From Eutreptiella sp. 'Long Island Sound 2002' (taxonomy: Eukaryota; Protista; Euglenida), in contig OZ038379.1 in the NCBI GenBank assembly GCA_964036045.1, forward strand, positions 17,546,001-17,610,000: DNA of 64,000 nt. Direction: 5' to 3'. The position numbers were made by a program, and so were the translations under genes. The notes beneath the pieces were generated by a model. The model was not told the origin of the DNA and did no database searches. It saw only the letters and a list, made by a program, of their open reading frames with translations. This document shows, piece after piece, positions 49,201-61,200 of the stretch. The stretch's first letter is position 1, and each line of letters opens with the position of its first letter.

Positions 49201-52200
49201 TTTCGACACGTTTCGCGTTTCGAACCTCACGGGGTGCTCATTCCTGTGAGGTGCCCCATAGGGTGCCCAATCCTATGAAGCATTCGTTTCACAATGTTGG
49301 GGCATTGCACAAGAATAGCAAAAAAAGAGATGTGAGCTGTAATGCAAAGAACCAAAGGAGTGAAGGTAGCCAATCTGAAAAGTAGGATTCAGCACCTTGG
49401 TTTCTGCGGTGCTGGGCTCACAACTCCACACCCATCATCGTCAGGGGCGACGGTCTCCGGGTGTGCCTGCCCTTGCCGAAGGAGGTGGATGATCACAAAT
49501 TTTTGATCCCGCTGCCCTCCCACAAGCTGTACTTATGCTTGTGGGAGAGTGGTGTTTACAGCCCGCAGTGACTAAATGAAAAAATGGTGGGTTAATAAAA
49601 CAACGCGCGCCAAACCGTGCGCACCGCGCGCACACCGCGCATAGCACCGCGCGCACCGCGCGTTCGTTTCCCTCATAAAAGGGAGGGGGAATGGCAGCGA
49701 CAAAATCCGTATGGGTCCTGCTCCGTTTGTCTGTCCAGAGGACATCCCCAACGCTTGGCAATCGAGCCTGTAGACCGCCGGGTCTCGGTGGTGTGGAAGG
49801 CTTTTGCGGTGGACATTGGACAGCAGTACCGGGCGGCCCTTAACGGGAAAAAAAAAAGTTGGCGTTACACAGTTCTCCCAAAAAAGCCCGCGGGCACACC
49901 ATGTGTTGGCGGTGGGCGGTTGGCGGTTGGTGGCAGTTGGTGGTGGTTGGCGGCGGTTGGTGGTTGGGAATTGGTGGTTGATGGCAGTTGGCAGTGGTTG
50001 GCGGTTGGCGGTTGGCGGTTGGTCGCCGCTGGCGGTTGGCGGCGGTTGGCGGTTGGCGTTTGGTGGCGGTTGGCGGTTGGCGGTTGGCGGCGGTTGGTGG
50101 TTGGGGGTTGATGGTCCCTTGGGGCGGTCCCTAAGGGCGGTCCTGAATAAAAAAAATCTAGTTCCATAAGGACCCCCCTGCCAGTACCACGGCAGCATTC
50201 TGCCTCATGGCCTTCCCTCATAAACCAGGCTGGGAGGGCCGAGGCAGAGGGGGATGGGGGGGGGGGGGCACAACAAGGCTGCGGTGCACATCCGCTATTA
50301 TGGGCATTTGCACACAACCATATTGCTCGTCTTATTGGTATTCCTTCTTTTGGCGGGGTCTTCGGTGGTTCATGGTCGGAGTTCGGTTGATGTGCAATCT
50401 AGCGACGGGTTTTATCCTGCTCTCTGTTGTGGTCGGTGGTGGTTTTGTTTTTTTGCATTGGAGGCACTATTTCTATGTCCCGTTGTGGGGGTCGCGGCCA
50501 AAAGCTGCCGCAGGCAGACACATGGGTCAGGGGCCTCCCCACTCTGCGCACAGGGGGATGTGCTGCATACGCGCCGTCGGCTTCCGGAAGGCATGCCACC
50601 CAGCGAAGGGGGAGCAGTCCCATTTGGTCTTCGCCCAGATCGCCGTGGCGACACCCATGTCATCGCTGCCAGTCCACGTGTACCCAAGGCAACTGGCGTC
50701 GTTGCTGCAGATGAACTGAGCCTCCAAAGGGGTCATGGGTACGCCGCCATATCCTTCCAGATCACCCCCACCAGAGATGTAGCCTGGACAGTAGTCCCAC
50801 ACTGAAGCAAAACAGCAGAACGACGTTGGAGGCCAAGAAACTTGCCAATAAGACACGACTAAATGCAGTCCGCTGTGCTGAGTGCATGATCTGAGTCAAA
50901 GGCCAAGACAAGCAGATGGCCGGCTGGGCAGAGAGACCGTCGGTACACCAGAGAGACGGTTGGTTGGTCAGTCAAACCGTCGGTCGGTCAAGCAGGCAGC
51001 CGATTGAGCTGGTTGAGTCGGTTGAGTGTGCACAAATTCGGTTTGGTAGGAAACGCTTGTCAAAAGGTGAAAGAGCAATCAGGCTTGAGCCGTGATCGCC
51101 GTCACGGCCTTCCAAATGATGTTCAGCCTCCCAGACCTTCCTTCAACGCAACGACAGAATATTCGGGTGGGGCTGGGGTCAGCCAACAAGGGCCACTGGT
51201 CGCCAGCCGCAATAGCTACAGGGTTTATGGTCACCCAACATATCCGTGAGGGTGTAACACCCACGACACTTCCGGCTGTCCGCATGACAGAATCCATTGG
51301 GTGTCACCACCACCAGAGCCTGGCAGGCTACCGCCCAGACAAGTAGGTCTGCCCGTCATGAACTAAAGCGGCCCTGAACGGTTCCCCTTTCAGAAAACCA
51401 ACTCACCCACCAATGTCTCATTGGTATTTGCAGCATGCCAAGGGACGACCCCTGGCTGAAGGCTGGGTCTCCAGGTTGGATGCCAAAGTGTCGGGTCAAA
51501 TTGGCTTGTCCTTCCTGCAGGGGATAGGCTCATTTGAAGGGGGGATTCAGATCAGATCTAGCCCCCAACCCTTGCAGCGTGAGCAGTAAGATCCACAGGG
51601 AAGAGGGGGGGGGGTTCGGTTTGGGGGGCATTTTTGAATTCCCTGGTTCGTTCTTGAGCAATTTGAATACACACAAAAGAAATAGAATCTTCTGTTACCA
51701 TTCACAAGGAATGAAAAATCGTCCGGCATTCCAGCAGACGCACCAATGAACCGGCAAAAGCACCCAGCTCCCAGTGTCAGACATTTGTCAAGTGAACATG
51801 ACATGCCATCTCCAACATAGAGAGAAATGTAATGGCTACATAACCCCTACCTTCTCGGAGGCGAGGAATCAAAATGACTGCATAACCCCAGGCCCATTAG
51901 TCATATTTGAATTCTCCATTCAAACCTGAGCATTTCGGATGTAAACGCATCGGATGAAGAATTTTCTGCCCCTGTTCCTAAAAGCCAACAAAACTTTTCC
52001 GGTTGGTGGTTTCCCATCGTTCACCAGTGGTGTGGGGTGGGGGTTCGATTGGTGTAGGTTGTGGGGCCTGGAGGGATGGGGTGGGGTGGTGGGGGGGGCG
52101 GGGGGGTTCGGGCTCATTCTGACTCATCCCTATGGCATGTGTTGTCAAGGAGTAGGCACGAAAACATGTGACACTAGGTGCACATGGGCACATCAGCAGC

Positions 52201-55200
52201 TGGCGAACACGGGCGGCGGGCGGATAATAATTATGAGAGATGCACAAGTGCTGCAGATGGAAAATGACATGGGCCATGGACGGACGGACACGAGCGACGG
52301 TTACCCTCTCAACGCCGTCACCCACCACCCCACGGCCGTCGGTGATAACTTGAATATGACATATGTGTATGGTCACCCCCCCCCCCCACACACCCTTTTA
52401 TTAGGGAGTGCCCTGTCGCCATTGTCCATCCGCCGCCTCTGTCCATCTGCCGCCCACCCATGCCTGTCTGCTCTGCTCCTCTTGTTCCTCTTCTCCCTCC
52501 TCTCTGTCGTCCGGATGCCCCATGCGCCCGGACGGGGGAGGGGTTGGCACAAGGCCATGGAGGGGGGGGGGGGGGGTAAGTAGGCCGGACTGAGACCAGA
52601 TCCCCGTGACCTCCACATGTCCTTTTCTGGGCAGTGGGTGTGTGTCGAGAGGACACCAATGCTCCTGTAGTCACCTGTTCTCGCTTCCACGCCTCTGATT
52701 CGTGACTGCCGCATGGGACATGAAAGCCTCCAGAAGCCCCACAGCCGTGCCCCACACACATCCTGCGCAGTGCGTGTGAATGCAAACGAACAAAGAAAGA
52801 GGGACCTTCCAATAGCGTGACGTCCGCAATGGCAGCATCGCCTGTCCACGAGTCCCCCGTCCTGCCGACAAAGCGGACCTGCTGCGCTGCCGCAGGGAAA
52901 GCGAACCGCGCGTCAGACCAGGCGGCGGAGTCGGCAGTGTGCTGTGCCCCACTGCGGATCCAGACCTGATTGAGGAAATGGAGGTGCATGAGCCCCTGAG
53001 GGCAGCACCACTGGGGCAAGGCAAAACGACACTTTCTCCAACAAAGATGCCGGAAAGGCAAAGAGACAGCCTGCAGCTGCAGTACACATTGACAGTCCGC
53101 TGCCCCAAAACGGGGAGCTGACCGCCATCGGTCAGTGCAATCCAGGCGACCTACTACCTCAGGCCCTGCGGGGTAAAGGAAAACCAAAGTGCCCCACCGA
53201 TGGAGAGGGACGCATGCACGCCACACATGCACCGCGTGGGTTGGCCTACACTACGGAGGCCACCACTCTTCCTCCCCATATCACGTGGCACGGCAGCGTG
53301 GAACACAGGGCGGTAAAGAGCAGAACTGCACCCTTTTCAACCCTTGAAAGCGTCGACGCACACAGCCAATAGCCACTGGGACACCGCAAACAACCTGCGA
53401 CCACGAAGTAGCACCCGAAGGCTTCACCTCCACCTTCAGCGACCCAATAGAAGCTCCGTACATGTGGTACTTGAAGATCATCCCTGAGAACAACATGCCT
53501 GACAACGAAGTCAGGTACGCGGTTTTCTGAGGATAATTGGGAGAACTGGCCTCGAGGTAGACGTATGCGGACCCGGAAGGTCCTCCGCTGGGGCCAGTAG
53601 TACTTGATGGCGTGGATCCCGTTCGCCGCGTCCATGTGAAATCGCCTCCCGAGGTGGTCCAGGTGCCATTGCAGAAGGTGCCAGTCCCCGAGACAAAATA
53701 ACAGGTGCGAGAACCTGCACAGTGGGCACGTGTGGGTGGTGACGGCCCACCACCAACTCGCATACAAGTAGGGGACCCTCCACAGGCTGTGGCAACCCCT
53801 GATGGAGTATTTGTATCAATTAAAAACACACTGGCCGGTGCTGTAGCCAGCGCACAACCCGCCCAAAGAACTGGGAAAGAGTTTCAGGAGTAGCTGGTCC
53901 CGAATTTGTCACCCCCCCCAACCCCCACTGCAGTTCTCCACAAGGCTTGGTGTGTGTGGGGGGTTAGAGGTAGACACATGGAGGCGGTGCATTGGGTGAC
54001 AGGCAAAGGAAGGTGTGAAGTTTGAGAGACGTGTGAATGAAGCCCATGTCTTCCAGCTGTCTGACACAGACTAACTTGCTTACGCGTGATATGAGTTGGC
54101 ACATTGCTCCATGCAGCGCTCACCCGTTGCAGATTTGTGGTTCACCACACTGCACCCCCTGTAGGGGTTCGCAGCTGAGTAGCCGCCAAATGCTGCGGGA
54201 TCTGTTTGGCACAAGACGGTCCAACGGTCCACCCAAGGGTAGCAGTGCCCTACTCGCATCCCAGGGGCTCTCCCTCCGGCCGTACAAGGCACATGCAGAC
54301 GCTGGGAGGTCACAGCACTGGCACAGGCTGCAAGCCCGGCCGCCCCCATCCCCCATTCTCGGGCACAATTTTTCAAACCCTACATGGCGGCCACTGGGAC
54401 TACCGTGCCACTCGTGCAGGTGACTGTAGAGACGGGGGCTGCTAACCAGGAACCAGTTTGCAAATGCGGTTTTCAATATGCTACAATCCTGTCCCTCCTC
54501 TCGGGATGCAAGGCACTTGGGCACTGGCGTTGTTGCCTGGCATCCCCAGTGGCAACAATGCTCACACCTTTGCTTGTACACCCTTTTACACCCCTCACTC
54601 CACACCCTATGTTTGCTGATGTTATATTTCCGCCACTAGTAGTATCATATACCCTTGCATATCCCTGTCACCACCCCACATCCCAATTATGATTAAAATT
54701 GCTTTTAGTGTTGATGACCTTTTGCCATTGGGTCGTTCGTTCGCGCGGTAAGAATTCTCGATGCACGACTTTTTATTTATCCATTTTCATTCCTTTTGGC
54801 CAATCATTGTGGAAAAGATGTGGCGCTGTTTGGAACCATCAGCTTGGTACACCAGCAATCGTCCTGCACTTTCACGGTCAGGCCAAAAACAGGCCAAAAA
54901 CAGGCTGGTAGGTGCGTAAACCACTGGCTGTTGAAGGTATCGTACAGAACAAAGCCCCTGACAGGGCGACAAACATACCGCTGCAAACGAGTTGCGCTGC
55001 ACTTGCCTGTTGCCAGGATGAATCCCACCACTCTTCCCAAGTTGCATTTGTGAAATGAGCAGATGATCGAGCCGATGTGAAGGCGTAGCAGCCGCCCCCA
55101 AGATTCTTGTTCCAATCACCTTGCGAACCAATTCGGTATTTACTGAACTTCGAACACCAGTAGATGTAGTATCTCCCGCTTTTGTCCCAGAATGTTGTCT

Positions 55201-58200
55201 GCCCATTTAACTGCTGACTGTCCTCAACATACAGCGTGTTGAGCTCCGTCTTTTGAAAGCCACTCACAGACACAGAACTGCAACCTGTGAAATGACATGC
55301 AGAAACACCTGCCCTAAGAGCCGTGGGCGTGTGGGATCCGCTGGCTGCTTTGGGTGTGGACACAGTGGTAGCTGCTTGCACAAATGGCCGTTGTGGCCCA
55401 CTCAAATCGGCTGTGGCATTGAGCCTCAGCTTGGAATACAGCTCTTTGATGGGGAAACAGAGCCATTGGCGGCTTGTGCTTCTTTTTTTTTCCGAAACAG
55501 CACTGTGGAGAACTTTATTTAACATCTTGCTGAGCACTCGCAACCCAGGACGGAATTCTTATTGTGGCGACATGACCTTTTGGGCCCGTTGAGTTGGGTT
55601 TGTCCTTGTTCCAACCAATCGTTTTGGAATTGGACGTGCTTCGTTTGGAAGCACTAACTTGGCACACCACTCTCCGTCCCTTCTTCTGGGGATGAAACCA
55701 GCTGAAAGGGGGTCTCACTGAGAAAACAGCCATACCACCGGGGGAATAATTTGAGGGGTTTTTTTGGGGGGGGGGGGGCTAAAATGGGGGAGGGGGGGAT
55801 TTGGAACTGGTCCTTAGAACTGAAGGGAAATTTTGGTATAAGGTCCCTTGCTGTTGCTTCCTAGTGGATGGCTGCTGTTATTTCCTGATGGCCTCTGGAT
55901 GGTTGCTGTCCTTTGACACATCGCATCCTTAAAATTGAAGGAAATATTTGGTACGAGGTAGGGCTTCCAAATTTGTCCACATCAAATTTGTCCCTTTCTA
56001 AATTTTCCCCCGGTGGTAGCATAGGGCCACGGCTTGGATGACTGTTTTTTCCTTATTGATTTTGTGTATGCCCCCAATCACAGTGAAAAAGAATTGGATC
56101 CGCGCAGCAGAGTCCATCTTGAAATCTCAGGACAAAAAGGCCCAAACTGCCATTTTTGACTACCTTTTTGGCTGCTGAGGCACCAATGGCTCTGTTTGGG
56201 CAACCAATCAGCATTAAATTGCCTTTTGTCACAGGCTCCTCCTCCCCCAAGCCACTGTCCTCCTCCTGTCTCTGATTGGCTGTTGGATTCCGGTTTTATT
56301 TTACATGTGCATCCATCCCGGGAGCACAAATTGGAACCACCTTTGGTTGTACTAACGAACCACTCTGGGGTCCATGACACTGTGGGGATATGTATCAACT
56401 CGCCACTTTGGGGTCCCCGAAATGGTAGAGGTTATGTGGATATGTGGATCCCGTTCGCCGCGTCCATGTGAAATCGCCTCCCGAGGTGGTCCAGGTGCCA
56501 TTGCAGAAGGTGCCAGTCCCCGAGACAAAATAACAGGTGCGAGAACCTGCACAGTGGGCACGTGTGGGTGGTGACGGCCCACCACCAACTCGCATACAAG
56601 TAGGGGACCCTCCACAGGCTGTGGCAACCCCTGATGGAGTATTTGTATCAATTAAAAACACACTGGCCGGTGCTGTAGCCAGCGCACAACCCGCCCAAAG
56701 AACTGGGAAAGAGTTTCAGGAGTAGCTGGTCCCGAATTTGTCACCCCCCCCAACCCCCACTGCAGTTCTCCACAAGGCTTGGTGTGTGTGGGGGGTTAGA
56801 GGTAGACACATGGAGGCGGTGCATTGGGTGACAGGCAAAGGAAGGTGTGAAGTTTGAGAGACGTGTGAATGAAGCCCATGTCTTCCAGCTGTCTGACACA
56901 GACTAACTTGCTTACGCGTGATATGAGTTGGCACATTGCTCCATGCAGCGCTCACCCGTTGCAGATTTGTGGTTCACCACACTGCACCCCCTGTAGGGGT
57001 TCGCAGCTGAGTAGCCGCCAAATGCTGCGGGATCTGTTTGGCACAAGACGGTCCAACGGTCCACCCAAGGGTAGCAGTGCCCTACTCGCATCCCAGGGGC
57101 TCTCCCTCCGGCCGTACAAGGCACATGCAGACGCTGGGAGGTCACAGCACTGGCACAGGCTGCAAGCCCGGCCGCCCCCATCCCCCATTCTCGGGCACAA
57201 TTTTTCAAACCCTACATGGCGGCCACTGGGACTACCGTGCCACTCGTGCAGGTGACTGTAGAGACGGGGGCTGGTTACCAGGAACCAGTTTGCAAATGCG
57301 GTTTTCAATATGCTACAATCCTGTCCCTCCTCTCGGGATGCAAGGCACTTGGGCACTGGCGTTGTTGCCTGGCATCCCCAGTGGCAACAATGCTCACACC
57401 TTTGCTTGTACACCCTTTTACACCCCTCACTCCACACCCTATGTTTGCTGATGTTATATTTCCGCCACTAGTAGTATCATATACCCTTGCATATCCCTGT
57501 CACCACCCCACATCCCAATTGTGATTAAAATTGCTTTTAGTGTTGATGACCTTTTGCCATTGGGTCGTTCGTTCGCGCGGTAAGAATTCTCAATGCATGA
57601 CTTTTTATTTATCCATTTTCATTCCTTTTGGCCAATCATTGTGGAAAAGATGTGGCGCTGTTTGGAACCATCAGCTTGGTACACCAGCAATCGTCCTGCA
57701 CTTTCACGGTCAGGCCAAAAACAGGCCAAAAACAGGCTGGTAGGTGCGTAAACCACTGGCTGTTGAAGGTATCGTACAGAACAAAGCCCCTGACAGGGCG
57801 ACAAACATACCGCTGCAAACGACTTGCGCTGCACTTGCCTGTTGCCAGGATGAATCCCACCACTCTTCCCAATTTGCATTTGTGAAATGAGCAGATGATT
57901 GAGCCGATGCGAAGGCGTAGCAGCCGCCCCCAAGATTCTTGTTCCAATCACCTTGCGAACCAATTTGGTATTCACTGTTCCTCGAACACCAGTAGATGTA
58001 GTAAGTCCCGCTTTTGTCCCAGAATGTTGTCTGCCCATTTAACTGCTGACTGTCCTCAACATACAGCGTGTTGAGCTCCGTCTTTTGAAAGCCACTCACA
58101 GACACAAACCTGCAACCTGTGAAATGACATGCAGAAACACCCGCCCTAAGAGCCGTGGGCGTGTGGGATCCGCTGGCTGCTTTGGGTGTGGACACAGTGG

Positions 58201-61200
58201 TAGCTGCTTGCACAAATGGCCGTTGTGGCCCACTCAAATCGGCTGTGGCATTGAGCCTCAGCTTGGAATACAGCTCTTTGATGGGGAAACAGAGCCATTG
58301 GCGGCTTGTGCTTCTTTTTTTTTCCGAAACAGCACTGTGGAGAACTTTATTTAACATCTTGCTGAGCACTCGCAACCCAGGACGGAATTCTTATTGTGGC
58401 GACATGACCTTTTGGGCCCGTTGAGTTGGGTTTGTCCTTGTTCCAACCAATCGTTTTGGAATTGGACGTGCTTCGTTTGGAAGCACTAACTTGGCACACC
58501 ACTCTCCGTCCCTTCTTCTGGGGATGAAACCAGCTGAAAGGGGGTCTCACTGAGAAAACAGCCATACCACCGGGGGAATAATTTGAGGGGTTTTTTTGGG
58601 GGGGGGGGGGGCTAAAATGGGGGAGGGGGGGATTTGGAACTGGTCCTTAGAACTGAAGGGAAATTTTGGTATAAGGTCCCTTGCTGTTGCTTCCTAGTGG
58701 ATGGCTGCTGTTATTTCCTGATGGCCTCTGGATGGTTGCTGTCCTTTGACACATCGCATCCTTAAAATTGAAGGAAATATTTGGTACGAGGTAGGGCTTC
58801 CAAATTTGTCCACATCAAATTTGTCCCTTTCTAAATTTTCCCCCGGTGGTAGCATAGGGCCACGGCTTGGATGACTGTTTTTTCCTTATTGATTTTGTGT
58901 ATGCCCCCAATCACAGTGAAAAAGAATTGGATCCGCGCAGCAGAGTCCATCTTGAAATCTCAGGACAAAAAGGCCCAAACTGCCATTTTTGACTACCTTT
59001 TTGGCTGCTGAGGCACCAATGGCTCTGTTTGGGCAACCAATCAGCATTAAATTGCCTTTTGTCACAGGCTCCTCCTCCCCCAAGCCACTGTCCTCCTCCT
59101 GTCTCTGATTGGCTGTTGGATTCCAGTTTTATTTTACATGTGCATCCATCCCGGGAGCACAAATTGGAACCACCTTTGGTTGTAGTAACGAACCACTCTG
59201 GGGTCCGTGACACTGTGGGGATATGTATCAACTCGCCACTTTGGGGTCCCCGAGATGGTAGAGGTTATGTGGACACTTTGGTTTATCCCCGCTTTGGGGC
59301 CTTTGAGACGGCAGTGGGTATCCGCTTTCCATTTCATCCCCGCTTTCGGGTCCCCGAGACGAAAGTGGTTACAAAGACACTCTGGGTCATCCCTGCTGGG
59401 GGGTGCTTGAGGTCCTCCAATCGTAATAATAATCAGGTAGAACAATGACAACAACAACTGCAGCAACAACAACAAGTGCCAGGAAAAAAATTTCTCCCGA
59501 ATACCAGTATGATATTGGACGTTCAACCCTTTGTAGAATCATCATTATGGGAGATAAAAGTAACCCCCAATGACTTTTGTGAACTTTAATCAGCCCCCCC
59601 CCCCCCCCCCCGCCCGCCCCAGCTGGGTGCCGCTTTTTGGGGGGAGGGTGAGATGGGGGGGAGGGGGGTCAAACTTTGGTTGGCCTGTTGTGGCCAGTAT
59701 ACGTCGAGCCAAACCCAGGTCCCAATGCCTTTTCCTTCTGTATGGACCCCTGAACCGATGGTGGGGGTCCCGGGTTCCATGTCTGGGTAAATCAGCCCCA
59801 CTATATGGGGCCCCTCTAGCGAGGACAGCCGTCATGGGTTGTGCCATTGGCTAGGTACCTTGTGCGAGGCTCTGGGGGACAACAAATCTATGTGCACATG
59901 TTCAATTTGCCCGAAGCCTGGATACCATATATACCCGCCTTACACCCGCCTTACATATACCCGCCTTCAATGATGTTTCAGTAGCAATCTACGAAAAGCA
60001 CGGGCACTCAGAGCATACCACGGCACGCTGTGCAGGATCCTCCACAATCAACACCAGTCTCGTCGCCGTTTTGTACCGCATCAGTGCATGTTGTTGGAAC
60101 TGCACAACACGCCACAGGAGAATCCCAGTTAAAGCTCAGGGCACACACACACACACACAAATGGGGTTGAACGGTCACAGTTTAATTAGGAGCAGCAGAG
60201 TTGCACAAGTTGTTCACAGTGACGACTTGTTGCAACGGACAGGGATTTCCATTGATTGTCACGGTTGCTGAAACAGAACAATCCAACATACAATGCAACA
60301 TGCAATGCGGTAAACACAGAGTGGAATCTCCAATTGCCTGTGCACCAAGCAAAGATCTTACCGCCCAAACTTTTAAAATTTGCGAAACCTGCATTTTTGC
60401 GAAGGCCCCAACCTTGGAATTAATTTTTTTTGCGATTATTGTTTCAATTTGCGTTCACAAACAAAGCTAGTGCATCCAATTGAATTGTCCATGCATACAA
60501 ATGACACACTGCGGGCCCAGACATGAGCAATTCATCATCATGAACAATTGAATGAAATCAGTACATCCCAATTGACTTGTCTAGGCGTGCATGAAAGCAG
60601 GGGGTGGTCAGAATTTTGATGCCTGCCCAATATTTCTCGGGGACATTCAGAATATGCCAACTTTGTGGGTTTTGGCACTTTTCGGCATTTTCTACAAGTT
60701 TTGCTTCCATGTGCAAACATGTTGTCACCTGGGGGGGGGGGGGGGGTATGTGTATACTTTTTGAAATCTGCAAGAAAACGCCATTTCAGAAATTTATGGG
60801 TTCGGGGGGGGGTCACATTTCTCAGCGTAGCACAACACATTGGACGGCGCACACAAACATGGCACTGCACCGTTCATCCATTTTTACTCTGAATCACTGT
60901 CATCGTCAGCATTCCCTTTTTCAGGCAGGGCTGGGACCCCATTAGGGCAGACATCCCCATGTTTGTGGACAGGGACATATTTCTTCACTTTTTGCCAATC
61001 CTGCAACCTCCGTGCCTTCACTGGCACCCAGCCTTCGTCAAGGGGCATGGCCCACAGGCCATCGGTTGTGAGGTGCACGTTTCGTTGTTTGAGCAACCCG
61101 CTGTACGAGGCTTCTTGGCCTGCCTGGCAGGCTCCCGAGGCACCTTCCTCCAAGTTTCACCCCCAGAGCGTGCCCTTTTGCAAACCAAAGGCTTTTGTGG

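Larger units (their letters stand above)
53612..59273. repeat. Tandem segmental duplication, two copies of about 2.83 kb (53612-56440 and 56444-59273)
   Basis: Near-identical sequence at offset 2832-2833. Junction gttatgtgga-tat-gtggatccc has GTGGA microhomology. Confidence 0.95.

Noticed and set aside
54979-58116. Diversity-generating retroelement (template/variable repeat) explanation for the exon 3/4 differences
   Set aside because: The differences are not confined to adenines on one strand (C/G, C/T, T/G and G/C changes occur), and no reverse transcriptase is visible in the window.
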